64,000 nucleotides of DNA from Gemmatimonadota bacterium (GCA_034521595.1 JAXHMG010000003.1:2656001-2720000); one strand, 5' to 3'; shown: positions 28,268 to 39,400, counted from the first letter of the stretch. Numbers and translations: made by a program. The notes: generated by a model not told the origin, from the letters alone.

Positions 28268-31200
28268 ATGATCCAAATCCAGCGCAGGCCGGAGATCGCG
28301 CTCCAGGAAGTCCTGGAAGCCGTACGCTCACGCTACGATCTGGACGGCACGCTCACACCCCTTCCCGGCGAGCGGGACCAGAACTTCCTGCTCGACACCT
28401 CGGACGGAAACCGTTACGTGGTGAAGATCAGCTCCCCCGAAGAGCCCGATCCCATTCTCCGGTTCGAGACGGAGATGCTGGTCAAGCTGTGCAGCGAGAC
28501 GGAAGGGCTCGTACCGGGCGTCAAAGAGGCGCAGTCCGGCGAGCACCTCGTGGAGTTCGATGACAGCGCCGGCAACACCCAGCGCCTCAGGATCGTCGAC
28601 TTCCTGCCGGGCACCTTGCTGGCCAACGCCCGTCCCCGCACGGACGCGCTCTTCTACGACTTCGGCAAGCGCGTGGCCGAGCTCGACAGCGCCCTCGGCG
28701 GCTACCCGGACCATCCTCCCGCGCGGTTCAACTTCGATTGGGCGCTAGGGAGCGCGGGGAGCGTCATGGAGCGGTGTCTCGAGCTCTTCACGGGGGAGCG
28801 CCGCGGGCTGATCGAGAACGCGCATCGATCGTTCGATGAGCGCGGGCACGATTTCCTGGGCCTGGGCTCGCAGATCATCCACGGCGACGTGAACGAGCAC
28901 AACGTCCTGGTCTCGGATCCCGACGGAACACGCCGGTACGTGACGGGATTCATCGATTTCGGCGACGCCCATTCCGCGCCCCGGGTCTTCGACCTGGCCA
29001 TCGCGGTCGCGTACGCCACGCTCGGAGTGTCCGATCCGATCTCGGCGGCGGCCACGATCGTGCGGGGGTTCAACGACACGACCCCCCTTCTCCAGTCCGA
29101 GATCGACGTGATCTTCACTCTGGCACGCGCACGGCTCGGCCAGAGCGTCAGCATCGCGGCCTGGCGGCGGAATCAGGGTGAAGCCGTGGACCCATCGCGG
29201 CACGTCTCGGAAGAGCCCGCCTGGGAGCTCCTACGTAAGCTCGACGACGTGCCGGACAAGTTCCTGCGAGGCGTGCTCCGCGACGCCTGCGGCCTGTCCG
29301 CGAACGTGCGCACTCCGGCGTTGATGGAGTGGCTCGACGAGCAGGAGTGCAGCCCGGTCATCGACGTGCCCGAAGAGGACGGCGCGTTGACGGTCCTCGA
29401 CCTGAGCGTGGACAGTCCCGACCTGGACGGTCGCGACACGGACGACACCGAGCGTTTCGCGACGCGGATCGCTCGGCTGATCGAAGACGCGGGCGCCCGG
29501 ATCGGCATCGGGCGCTACCTCGAGCCCCGCGGCTTCTACCTGACCGACCAGTTCGCCGGTCGCGAGGGCGATCCCCGTGAACGGCGCACGATCCATCTGG
29601 GCCTGGACCTCTTCGTGGAAGCCGGAACGGACGTACGGGCCCCCCTGGACGGGAAGGTCCGCGTCATCGAGACCAACGCGGCCCGCCTCGACTACGGTCC
29701 CACGGTCGTGCTCGAGCACCTTTCGCCGCACGGCCGGTTCTGGACGCTCTACGGACACCTCGAGCAGACATCCGTCGACGAGCTCGAGATCGACCAGCAG
29801 CTCCAGGCCGGCGAGACGTTCGCCCGGATCGGGGCCCCTCCCGAGAACGGAGATTGGCCGCCCCACCTCCACCTGCAGCTCGTCACCCACTTCCTCGGAC
29901 ACGGCGGGGACTTTCCCGGCGTGGCCCTCCCCAGGGAACGCACCGTTTGGGCCTCGTTCTCACCGGACCCCAACAGCCTCCTGGGCCTGCCGGTCGAAAC
30001 GACCTACCTCGAAGAGGACAAGGACCTGCTGGAGCGACGGGGAAAGGCGCTTCCGGCGAATCTGTCGCTCTCGTATGCATCGCCGATCCACGTGGTGCGC
30101 GCCCGCGGAACCCGGCTGTACGATCCGTTGGGACGCAGCTACCTCGACTGCGTGAACAACGTGGCCCATGTCGGCCACGAGCATCCGTCCGTCGTGCGTG
30201 CCGGCCGTCGACAGATGGCCGTGCTCAACACCAATACCCGGTACCTCCATCGGAACGTGATCGAGTACGCCGAGCGACTGGCGGAGCTCCTACCGGAGCC
30301 GCTGTCCCGCTGCTTCTTCGTCAACTCGGGGAGTGAAGCCAACGAGCTGGCGCTCAGGATGGCCCGGTCCCACAGCAACGGCTCCGGGGTGGTGGCTCTC
30401 GAGGGTGGCTACCACGGGCACACGCAGACCTTGGTCGACGTCAGCCACTACAAGTTCGCGGGCAAGGGCGGCCGGGGCGCGCCACCCTGGGTGCGCACGA
30501 CGCCCGCGCCCGACGTGTACCGAGGTGCGTACGGTCGGAACATGCCCGACCGGGCCAGCCGGTACGCCGGGCACGTGCGTGACGCGCTGGCCGACCTGCG
30601 CGGCGCTTCGATCACGCCGGCGGCCTTCATCGCGGAGACGTTCCTCTCGTGCGGCGGGCAGATCGAACCGCCGCAGGGGTATCTCGCGGCGGCCTACCAG
30701 CACGCCCGTGCCGCGGGCGCGGTCTGCATCGCCGACGAGATCCAGACCGGCTTCGGACGGATCGGGAGCGACTTCTGGTCGTTCGAATCACAGGACGTCG
30801 TGCCCGACATCGTCACGCTGGGCAAGCCCGTCGGCAACGGTCATCCGATCGGCGTGGTCATCACCACCCCGGAGATCGCCGAGTCGTTCGACAACGGCAT
30901 GGAGTTCTTCAGCACGTTCGGAGGGAATCCGGTCTCGGCGGCGATCGGGCTGGCGGTGCTGGACGTTCTGGAGGAGGAGGATCTCCAGGACCGGGCGGCG
31001 GTGCTGGGCGGCACGCTCAAGGGCTCGCTGGCGTCGTTGGCCATGCGCCACGACGTGGTGGGCGACATCCGGGGACGCGGCCTGTTCCTGGGGATCGACC
31101 TCGTATCCGACCGTGCGTCGAAGAGGCCGGCGCCCGAAGTCGCCCGCTACGTCATCGACCGCCTGGCGGAGCGCGGCGTGTTGGTCGGGGTGGACGGACC

Positions 31201-31357
31201 TGAACACAACGTGCTCAAGATCAAGCCACCGATGCCGTTCTCGGAGGAGGACGCGGAACGGTTGGTCGAGGAGCTCGACACGGTGCTCGGCGAGGACGCG
31301 GTCCAATGGCTGGCCGACCACGCCGAAGCCGCGGACGAGGGCAGCGACGCGGTCTAA
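28268..31357 (+). CDS. Fusion protein: APH-like kinase, M23 peptidase-like domain and class III PLP aminotransferase/phospho-lyase
   Basis: GERDQNF, IIHGDVNEHN, IDFGD (kinase); HLGLD...LYGHL...WPPHLHLQ (M23); YLDCVNNVAHVGH, SGSEANE, DEIQTGFGR, TLGKPVGNG (class III PLP). Confidence 0.92.
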   Translation: MIQIQRRPEIALQEVLEAVRSRYDLDGTLTPLPGERDQNFLLDTSDGNRYVVKISSPEEPDPILRFETEMLVKLCSETEGLVPGVKEAQSGEHLVEFDDSAGNTQRLRIVDFLPGTLLANARPRTDALFYDFGKRVAELDSALGGYPDHPPARFNFDWALGSAGSVMERCLELFTGERRGLIENAHRSFDERGHDFLGLGSQIIHGDVNEHNVLVSDPDGTRRYVTGFIDFGDAHSAPRVFDLAIAVAYATLGVSDPISAAATIVRGFNDTTPLLQSEIDVIFTLARARLGQSVSIAAWRRNQGEAVDPSRHVSEEPAWELLRKLDDVPDKFLRGVLRDACGLSANVRTPALMEWLDEQECSPVIDVPEEDGALTVLDLSVDSPDLDGRDTDDTERFATRIARLIEDAGARIGIGRYLEPRGFYLTDQFAGREGDPRERRTIHLGLDLFVEAGTDVRAPLDGKVRVIETNAARLDYGPTVVLEHLSPHGRFWTLYGHLEQTSVDELEIDQQLQAGETFARIGAPPENGDWPPHLHLQLVTHFLGHGGDFPGVALPRERTVWASFSPDPNSLLGLPVETTYLEEDKDLLERRGKALPANLSLSYASPIHVVRARGTRLYDPLGRSYLDCVNNVAHVGHEHPSVVRAGRRQMAVLNTNTRYLHRNVIEYAERLAELLPEPLSRCFFVNSGSEANELALRMARSHSNGSGVVALEGGYHGHTQTLVDVSHYKFAGKGGRGAPPWVRTTPAPDVYRGAYGRNMPDRASRYAGHVRDALADLRGASITPAAFIAETFLSCGGQIEPPQGYLAAAYQHARAAGAVCIADEIQTGFGRIGSDFWSFESQDVVPDIVTLGKPVGNGHPIGVVITTPEIAESFDNGMEFFSTFGGNPVSAAIGLAVLDVLEEEDLQDRAAVLGGTLKGSLASLAMRHDVVGDIRGRGLFLGIDLVSDRASKRPAPEVARYVIDRLAERGVLVGVDGPEHNVLKIKPPMPFSEEDAERLVEELDTVLGEDAVQWLADHAEAADEGSDAV

Positions 31358-31372
31358 GCAGCCCGTGCTAGC

Positions 31373-32668
31373 TCAGCGTTCCCCCGGAGGGCTCAAGACC
31401 TCGAATCTCCGTTCCTGCTCGAGGCCGTCGACCGTCATGCGCACGCGATAGACACCGGGCGGGACCACGCCCGTCCCGTCGCCCTCGCTCGGAGACAGAT
31501 CCCAGACGATTCGATGGACGCCACTGCGCGTACCGGGGATCTGGCGGTCTTCTTCCTGTTCGTCGGTCTCTTCGGCCGGACCCGTGAACGATGTGAGCAC
31601 GGTGCCCTGTCCGTCGAGCACCTCCAACCGGACGCGGCGCACGAATGACGGCAGCAGGTAATCGAAGATCGCTCCACGTCCGTCGTCGACGTACGTGGGG
31701 GAGGGCTCGAAGAGATACGGCTCTCCCGTCGCGAGCCCGTCCATGACCTGCCGCAGCGGCTCGATCTCGTCCATCACGAAATGGCCCCGGCCCGCCGTGG
31801 AGACGAGCAGGTCCCTGCCGACCACGCGTATATCCGTGACTTCGGCCTCGGGAAGGTCGAACTGGAAGCGGTCCCAGGAATTCCCGGTGTCGAACGATAC
31901 GAACACCCCGTCCGACGTGCCGGCGAAGACCAAGCCGTTCCCTTCGGGATCTTCCCGGACCACCGTGATGCGCGAAGAGGCAGCGATCTCGCTGCCGGCT
32001 CGGCTCAAGAGCGTCCATTCGACACCGTAGTCGTCGGTGCGGTAGAGGAACGGAACCGGCTCGTCCGACTCCTCGCCGGCCATGGCCACATAGGCCCTCC
32101 CCCCCGCATGGACGGACGGTTCCAGGGCAACCGTGCGCATCCGGGCAGCCGGAGCCGGGACGTCACGCTCGAGCCACGACCGTCCGCCGTCACGCGTGAG
32201 GTATACCCGGCCGTCAGCGGACCCGACCCAGATCAAGCCCGGCTCGAGCGGGCTCTCCGCCACCGACGCGAGCACTGGTGCGCCGGACGGATCCGCCCCA
32301 TCGGACGATTCCCGTCCGGCCGAGTCGTCTTCCCAGCTCGCCAACTCGGGACTGATGCCGAGCCACGACGTGCCGCCATCCGTGGAACGGTGCACCCGCC
32401 GGCCCACCCGATACCACACATCCGGGTTGTGCGGCGAAGGCACGGGCATCCCGACGGCCGACACTCGGAAGTCGTCGAGGGGCCGGGCCAGCGCATCGAG
32501 CGCTCCGTCCCGCTCGACCTCCAACGGCCGATACGCCAGTCCCTGAAACACTCGGTCGAGCCTCGACGTCCGTTCTTGGGCGAGCGCGGGAAGGACGCAC
32601 GTGAGGAGCCCGACCGCACAGAGCCCCAGCCCGACGAGGACGGTGCGCGTGGCACGTATCGGCGTCAC
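31373..32668 (-). CDS. Exported BNR/Asp-box (VPS10-like) beta-propeller protein, short form
   Basis: Signal peptide; repeated SxDGGxSW / TxDGGxSW / TDDYG / SFDTGNSW Asp-boxes; FlgD-like C-terminus GVHRIVWDL...PGVYRVRM. Confidence 0.8.
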   Translation of the reverse strand: MTPIRATRTVLVGLGLCAVGLLTCVLPALAQERTSRLDRVFQGLAYRPLEVERDGALDALARPLDDFRVSAVGMPVPSPHNPDVWYRVGRRVHRSTDGGTSWLGISPELASWEDDSAGRESSDGADPSGAPVLASVAESPLEPGLIWVGSADGRVYLTRDGGRSWLERDVPAPAARMRTVALEPSVHAGGRAYVAMAGEESDEPVPFLYRTDDYGVEWTLLSRAGSEIAASSRITVVREDPEGNGLVFAGTSDGVFVSFDTGNSWDRFQFDLPEAEVTDIRVVGRDLLVSTAGRGHFVMDEIEPLRQVMDGLATGEPYLFEPSPTYVDDGRGAIFDYLLPSFVRRVRLEVLDGQGTVLTSFTGPAEETDEQEEDRQIPGTRSGVHRIVWDLSPSEGDGTGVVPPGVYRVRMTVDGLEQERRFEVLSPPGER

Positions 32669-32679
32669 GTCGTGTCGTC

Positions 32680-33420
32680 TCACCGGCCCCCTCCCGCACC
32701 GCAGGGTTCCCCCTCGGTGCGCCCGAGCGCGGGAGTCAGCCAATCGGCAAACACCTCGCACGCCTCGGTCAACGCGTCCTCGTCACTCCGCCCCGAGCTC
32801 TTGAGGACGTGGAATCCATGATCCGCTCCTTCCACCACGTGGAGCTCCGCGTCCGGCGCCGCATCGGCGAGGAGGGGGCGCAGGAGGTCCAGGTTCGCCA
32901 ACCGGTCCCGCGTGCCCTGGAGGAACAGCATGGGAACATCGATGTCGGCGAGGTGCCGTCCACGCTCCGCGGACGTGCGTCCGGCCGGGTGCAGCGGAAA
33001 GCCGAAGAACGCCAAGCCCCGGATGCCCGGCAGCGGAGTCTGGGCCTGGGCCAACGAGGTCATGCGACCTCCCATCGATTTTCCTCCCGCGATCAGCGGA
33101 ACGCCGGGGCAGAGGCGAGTGGCCTCTTCCACCGCGCCCCGCACGGTCGCCAGCAGCACGGAACGGGGATCCGGCGCCTTGCGTCCCGCCGCCATATACG
33201 GAAACGCGTACCGCAGCGTGGAGACCCCGAGCTTCCCGAGGTGCTTCGCGGTCGCCTCCATGAAAGGATGCCGTATGCCCGCACCCGCCCCGTGACCGAA
33301 CACGAAGAGGGCCCGGGGCGCATCCGGCCGCGTCAAAAGGCCGGGCACGGGTCCACGCCCGTGCTCGCAGGGGCAAGCTACTTCCGTGACCTCGAGCTCT
33401 CCCTCCACGGCTTCCGTCAC
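32680..33420 (-). CDS. Alpha/beta hydrolase (KANL3/Tex30-like, dienelactone hydrolase family)
   Basis: HGAGAG; GGKSMGGR; GFPLHP; LFLQGTRD; GADHGF. Confidence 0.88.
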   Translation of the reverse strand: MTEAVEGELEVTEVACPCEHGRGPVPGLLTRPDAPRALFVFGHGAGAGIRHPFMEATAKHLGKLGVSTLRYAFPYMAAGRKAPDPRSVLLATVRGAVEEATRLCPGVPLIAGGKSMGGRMTSLAQAQTPLPGIRGLAFFGFPLHPAGRTSAERGRHLADIDVPMLFLQGTRDRLANLDLLRPLLADAAPDAELHVVEGADHGFHVLKSSGRSDEDALTEACEVFADWLTPALGRTEGEPCGAGGGR

Positions 33421-33424
33421 CGCG

Positions 33425-34087
33425 CTACCCCCCGAGCCCCACCCGGAGACCCAGGCTGAGAATCGGCCAGATTTCCATATACCGCGGTAAGTCCTCCTCG
33501 AAGCTCCGAGCTTCGGCGTCGAGCCTCTCCCGAAACTCCGGATCGTCCACCAGCGTTCCCTCCTCGGCGTCGAGGGATACACGGGTGTCATTCATGAACG
33601 CGACCCCGAGATCGAGCGACAGTCCGATTCCGCTCGACGTGTGCTTGCCGAAGCCCACCAGGATGTACGGTGCCCGGTTCTCGGATTCGAGCACGCCGGT
33701 CAGCGTGCCGATCTCCTCGGGCGTGAACGTCCGCCCTCCGAGGTCCTGCGGCGCGGCCGGAGTCGCGCGGAGCGTGACGTCGTCGGACTTGAAGAGGAAT
33801 CCGCCCCCGAGCCGCATCACCTCGTTCAGATAGAGATCGAGCCCGATGTTCGACCACCGCTCCGGGAGCTCGAGCGTCAGGTCGATGCCGTCCAACGTGC
33901 CGTCGATCTCGAACGGCAGCAGCCCGATCCCGCCGCGCACGACCAACCGGTTCCCCAAGGGAATAGCCGCCTCCGCGCCCAAGCCCAGAGTTCCTCCGCG
34001 TGCCGCGACGCCAAGCGCTTGTGCCGTGGCAGCCTGAGGGAACGAGCCCGCGATCACGAGGGCGAGGGCCAGCAGTCCGGTTCTCAT
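33425..34087 (-). CDS. Putative outer-membrane beta-barrel protein
   Basis: Signal peptide; GTLGLGAE; APYILVGFG; C-terminal WPILSLGLRVGL. Confidence 0.7.
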   Translation of the reverse strand: MRTGLLALALVIAGSFPQAATAQALGVAARGGTLGLGAEAAIPLGNRLVVRGGIGLLPFEIDGTLDGIDLTLELPERWSNIGLDLYLNEVMRLGGGFLFKSDDVTLRATPAAPQDLGGRTFTPEEIGTLTGVLESENRAPYILVGFGKHTSSGIGLSLDLGVAFMNDTRVSLDAEEGTLVDDPEFRERLDAEARSFEEDLPRYMEIWPILSLGLRVGLGG

Positions 34088-34094
34088 CTCGATA

Positions 34095-34913
34095 TCAGCT
34101 CGTCTGATGGAGGTGCACGTCTCGCTGAGGATAGGGGATCGAGCAGCCCGCGGCCTCGAGGTTCTCCTTGAGCGCACGGATCAGATCCCATCGGGTCGGC
34201 CAGTAGTCGGACGCTCGGACCCAGGGCCGCACGACGAGGTTCACGGACGAATCGCCCAACTCATGTACCGCCACCACGGCTTCAGGGTCCTCGAGCACCC
34301 GTGAATCCGAAGCGAGAACATCCTGGCAGGTACGCACGGCCACCCCGAGGTCATCGTCGTATCCGACACCGATCACCAGGTCGATCCGGCGCGTGTCGTT
34401 GGCCGAGTAGTTGCGGATGGTCTGGCCGAACACCTGCGCGTTGGGGATCCGGATCTCGACGTTGTCCGGCGTCGCGAGCACGCAGGAGAAGATGCCCACC
34501 GCACGGACGGTGCCGGCCTGTCCCCCGATCTCCACGTAGTTCTCGATCTCGAACGGTCGGAAAGAGAGGAGCATCACGCCGGCCGCGAAGTTCGAGAAGG
34601 TGTCCTGAAACGCCAACGCGATCGCGAGACCCGCGGCACCGAGCACCGCGATGAACGAGCCGGTCGCGACTCCGAGCGTACTCACGGCAGCGACCACCAC
34701 CAACGCCACCACGCCGACATAGACGATCCCGGCGACGAAAGGAGCCAGCATCGGATCGACGCTGCTGCGGGCTAGCGCGCCCTGGGACAGCCTCCTCGCC
34801 CATCGAGCCGCGACGAGACCGATTCCGAGCACGGCCAGAGCCCCGAGAACCTTGGGCATCCACTGCGCGATGACGGTCGACACGCTCGTCATGAGTACGT
34901 CGGGATCGATCAT
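34095..34913 (-). CDS. mscS: Small-conductance mechanosensitive channel
   Basis: AVLGAAGLAIALAFQDTFSNFAAGVMLLSFRPF; IPNAQV; RRIDLVIGVGY; IPYPQRDVH. Confidence 0.93.
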   Translation of the reverse strand: MIDPDVLMTSVSTVIAQWMPKVLGALAVLGIGLVAARWARRLSQGALARSSVDPMLAPFVAGIVYVGVVALVVVAAVSTLGVATGSFIAVLGAAGLAIALAFQDTFSNFAAGVMLLSFRPFEIENYVEIGGQAGTVRAVGIFSCVLATPDNVEIRIPNAQVFGQTIRNYSANDTRRIDLVIGVGYDDDLGVAVRTCQDVLASDSRVLEDPEAVVAVHELGDSSVNLVVRPWVRASDYWPTRWDLIRALKENLEAAGCSIPYPQRDVHLHQTS

Positions 34914-35075
34914 GAGACCCCCAGCTCCGAGTGAAGAACACGGCAAGAATCCGGTGGAAGGTGCGCCCGCCCTTCGTGGGGCGCCAGGTAGCGTTTCTTC
35001 GAGCGGAGGAATGTACGTCCACTCGGCTTGCCGTCCGCGGCACCCACCGCGAACATCCGTTCACATGCTCACCGC

Positions 35076-35738
35076 ATGCCCCACTTCCGAGCCTTTTCCG
35101 ACGCGAACGAGCGCGTGACCTACTTCGCCGCAGCCCTCGCCAGCCCCATTCTCGGCGTGCTCCTCTACCGCTCGCTCCATGGGAGGGACCGTGCGGTCCG
35201 TCTGGTCGATGGGTTCGTGTACGTGGCGGTGCCCGTGCTCGTCGCCATCCAAGTCCTCCCCGAGGCCATCGAGGATCGCGCGCCATGGCTGCTCCTCGTG
35301 GTCGCGGCGGGCGCCCTCGTGCCCACGGCTTTCGAGCGCGCTTCGCGATCCCTCGCGGATTATACCGACAACCTCACCATCCTCGTGAGTTTGTCGGGCC
35401 TGATCGTACACGCGGGATTGGAAGGAGCCCTCCTCGCACCCGGCGTGTCCCCGATCGATCCCGCGTTCGGATGGGCGGTCGTGTTGCACCGCATTCCCCT
35501 GGGACTCGTGATCTGGTGGCTGGTTCGGCCGCGACACGGAACCGCCCTGGCCGCCGCGGCCGTGGGCTCCCTGGTCCTTGCAACGCTGGTGGGCGCATTC
35601 GTGGGTGGCGAGCTTTCGGGACACAGTCACGGCAGCGGGTTCGAGTACCTCGAGGCATTCGTCGCGGGCACGCTCCTCCATGTGGTTTTCCATCAAGGAC
35701 GCCACGACCACACCCACGGACACGACCATGTCCACTGA
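35076..35738 (+). CDS. ZIP-like putative divalent-metal transporter with His-rich C-terminus
   Basis: Multiple TM helices; VHAGLEG and LHRIPLG motifs; HSHG loop; HDHTHGHDHVH tail; start could be GTG 35115. Confidence 0.65.
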   Translation: MPHFRAFSDANERVTYFAAALASPILGVLLYRSLHGRDRAVRLVDGFVYVAVPVLVAIQVLPEAIEDRAPWLLLVVAAGALVPTAFERASRSLADYTDNLTILVSLSGLIVHAGLEGALLAPGVSPIDPAFGWAVVLHRIPLGLVIWWLVRPRHGTALAAAAVGSLVLATLVGAFVGGELSGHSHGSGFEYLEAFVAGTLLHVVFHQGRHDHTHGHDHVH

Positions 35739-35807
35739 CATCACCTCTCGGCGCAAGACATGTCACTCGCGAAATCATCCCCCCGATCTCGGAGCGGAGG
35801 TTGACCC

Positions 35808-36353
35808 ATGCACGCATTGATACGCCACGTCCTGCTCGCCACCCTCCTCTTCGTGGCGCCGGCAACCACTTCGGGGCAGGATTCCGCCGAAGCCGGACCG
35901 ACGATCGACTCCGGCGGTGCGGTCTTCCCTGTCAGCCCGACTCTGGAAACCCCGACCGAGCTGGACTACCGTGTCGCGTTCGATGTCGCTGACGGCTCGG
36001 GACCGGAGCAGGTCAGCGTTTCGCTCAACACGGTCGCACGCTTCCTCAACATGCACGCCCGGGCCGGCGTCCCGGCCGAGGGGATCGACGCCGCGATCGT
36101 GATCCACGGCACCGCGGTGATGGACGTCCTGAACGCCTCCGCCTACCACCGGCGGGAGGGCACACGGAACCCGAACGCGCCCCTGATCCGGGAGCTGCTC
36201 GACGCGGGCACGCGCATCATCGTCTGTGGCCAGAGCGCCGCCTCACGCGGCGTCGATTCGACCGAGTTCATCGAGGGTGTCGACGTGGCGTTATCGGCCA
36301 TGACCGCCTTCGTGATTCTCCAGTCCGAAGGATACCGGGTGAACCCCTGGTAA
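35808..36353 (+). CDS. Exported DsrE/DsrF-like family protein
   Basis: Signal peptide; YRVAFDV; VARFLNMH; AIVIHG; IIVCGQS; GGAGG RBS. Confidence 0.85.
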   Translation: MHALIRHVLLATLLFVAPATTSGQDSAEAGPTIDSGGAVFPVSPTLETPTELDYRVAFDVADGSGPEQVSVSLNTVARFLNMHARAGVPAEGIDAAIVIHGTAVMDVLNASAYHRREGTRNPNAPLIRELLDAGTRIIVCGQSAASRGVDSTEFIEGVDVALSAMTAFVILQSEGYRVNPW

Positions 36354-36364
36354 GAGGCAGGCCC

Positions 36365-36393
36365 TTGCCATAACTGCACTTACACTCTAACCT
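36365..36393 (+). promoter_or_regulatory. Putative sigma70 promoter of gltBD
   Basis: TTGCCA-N17-TAACCT in an AT-richer intergenic region upstream of gltB. Confidence 0.6.
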
Positions 36394-36465
36394 TGGTATC
36401 CCCGCCGAAAGAACGCTCGGCAACCCTGCCGGGACGTTTCCCAGTTGTATCGTGGAGTTGCTCGC

Positions 36466-39400
36466 ATGCGTTATCAAAGCAGGCGGGGCGCGTCTGTGCG
36501 TCCATATGATAGGCCCGCGCCAGGGTCCACTCGGAGTCAATACCTTCCCGCTCGGCAGGGTCTGTACGACCCCAGCAACGAACACGACGCATGCGGCATC
36601 GGCTTCGTGGCCAACCTGCACGGCTCGAAGAGCCACGACATCGTCGACCAGGCCCTCCAGATTCTCATCAACCTCGACCACCGGGGCGCGGTCGGTGCTG
36701 ACCCGACCATGGGCGACGGAGCGGGCATCCTCGTGCAGATGCCGCACGCGCTCCTCTCCGAAGTCGCGCCCGAGGCAGGCATCGACCTTCCCGAGCTCGG
36801 CGAGTACGGCGCGGCGAATGTCTTCCTTCCCAACGACCCGGATCTCCGACAGCGTTGTGAAGGGATCCTCGAGAAGTTCGTGGCGGCCGAGGGACAGCAG
36901 GTCCTCGGATGGCGGGACATGCCCGTCGACCGGAGTGTGCTGAGCGACACGGTGCGTGCCACGGAGCCCGTCATTCGACAGCTCTTCGTCGGTCGCGGGC
37001 CGGATTTCGAGGGCGATCAGGACGCGTTCGACCGCAAGCTCTTCGTCATTCGCCGGCAGGCCGAGCTCGAAGTCGCGGCCCTCGGTGACGAGCGAGCGGC
37101 GGACTTCTACGTCTGCTCGCTCTCCACGCGGGTGCTCGGGTACAAGGGCATGATCCTCGGGGAATACGTCGGCCCTTATTACGACGACCTCTCCGACCCA
37201 CGCCTGGTCACGTCTCTCGCGCTCGTGCACCAGCGATTCTCGACGAACACCTTCCCGAGCTGGAGCCTCGCGCAGCCCTTCCGGATGATCTGCCACAACG
37301 GCGAGATCAACACGCTCCGCGGGAACCTCAACTGGATGAACGCTCGGCGGGCCGCGATGCAGTCTTCGGTGCTCGGCGACGACCTCGAGAAGCTGTGGCC
37401 GCTGATCCCCGAAGGTCAGTCCGACTCGGCCGGGCTCGACAACGCGCTCGAGCTCTTGGTGCGCGGCGGCTACTCCCTCGCTCACGCGATGATGATGCTG
37501 ATCCCGGAGGCGTGGGAAGGAAACCGCCTCATGGATCCGAAGCGGCGGGCGTTCTACGAGTACCACGCAGCCCTGATGGAGCCGTGGGACGGCCCGGCCT
37601 CGATCGCCTTCACCGACGGCCGTCAGGTCGGCGCGACCCTCGACCGTAACGGGCTCCGCCCCTCTCGCTACGTCGTGACGGACGACGGCCTCGTGATTCT
37701 CGCCTCGGAGGCGGGTGTGCTCCCGATCCCCGAAGAGAAGATCGTCAAGAAGTGGCGGCTTCAGCCGGGCCGGATGCTCCTGATCGACACCGAAGAGGGC
37801 CGCATCATCGACGACGAGGAGATCAAGGCGGAGCTGGCGTCCACGCATCCGTATCAGGAGATCCTCGACCGCACGCAGGTCCTCGTCGAGGACCTGCCCG
37901 AGTGCGCGCCGGAGCACCCCAACGTCTCCGAATCGCTGCTCGACCGTCAGCAGGCCTTCGGATACACCCAGGAGTCCCTCAGGCTGCTGCTCGCTCCCAT
38001 GGCGTCCGAAGGGAAGGAAGCCACGGGGTCGATGGGCGACGACACGCCGATCGCGGCGATGTCGGACCGTCCCAAGCTCCTCTACTCCTACTTCCGGCAG
38101 CGCTTCGCGCAGGTGACCAACCCCGCGATCGACCCGATCCGGGAATCATTGGTGATGAGCCTGGTCTCGATGATCGGGCCGCGTCCGAATCTTCTCGAGT
38201 TGGACGACAAGGAATCGCACATGCGGTTGGAGGCCCGCAAGCCGATCCTGACGAACCACGACCTCGATAAGATCCGCTGCATATCCAAGTTCCATAAGGG
38301 GCGGTTCCAAGCGGTGACGCTGGACACCACCTATCCCGTCGAGGACGGTCCGGACGGCCTGTCGGACGCACTCGAGGCGCTGTGCCGGCAGGCCGAAGAA
38401 GCCGTGTTGGACGGAGACAACATCATCGTGCTGTCGGACCGGCGGCTCTCGGCCGAAAGGATCGCGATCCCCGCGCTCCTCGCCACGGGCGCCGTACACC
38501 ATCACCTGATCCGCCGTGGACTGCGCACCCAGGTAGGCCTGGTCGTCGAGACCGGGGATGCTCACGAGGTTCACCACCTCGCCGTCCTCGGCGGGTACGG
38601 CGCCGAAGGCATCAACCCCTACATGGCGTTCGAGACGCTCACCGACATGGTCGACCGCGGCGACCTTCCCGAAGGGATGTCGGTCGAAACGGCCCACGAG
38701 AACTACGTCAAAGCAGCCGGAAAGGGCCTTCTCAAGGTGATGTCCAAGATGGGCATCTCCACCTTCCAGTCGTACTGCGGCGCCCAGATCTTCGACGCGC
38801 TCGGGCTCCAGCGCTCGTTCGTCGACAAGTACTTCTTCGGGACGCCCACGGCCATCGAAGGTATCGGCCTGGCGGAAGTCGCCCAGGAGACGTTCCGGCG
38901 TCACCAAGAAGCATTCGGCACCGCTCCGGTGTTCGAGCACGCCCTCGACCCTGGTGGCGATTATCAATTCCGCCTGCGCGGGGAGCGCCACTACTGGACG
39001 CCCGACTCGGTGGCTTCGCTACAGCACGCCGTGCGTGGAAACGCGGTCGACCGTTATCGCGAGTACGCCCGACACGTCAACGACCAGAGCGAGCGGCTCA
39101 TGACGCCGCGGGGGCTCTTCGACCTGAAGCCCTCGAACGCTCCGGTGCCACTCGACGAGGTCGAGCCGGCCGAGGAGATCGTAAAGCGGTTCGCCACCGG
39201 CGCCATGTCCTTCGGAGCCCTGTCTCGGGAGGCACACACGAATCTGGCGATCGCCATGAACCGCATGGGCGCGAAGTCCAATAGCGGAGAAGGAGGTGAG
39301 GAACCGGACCGGTTCAAGGCACGCCCCAACGGCGACCATCTCAACTCCGCGATCAAGCAGGTGGCGTCGGGCCGCTTCGGGGTCACGACCGAGTACCTGA

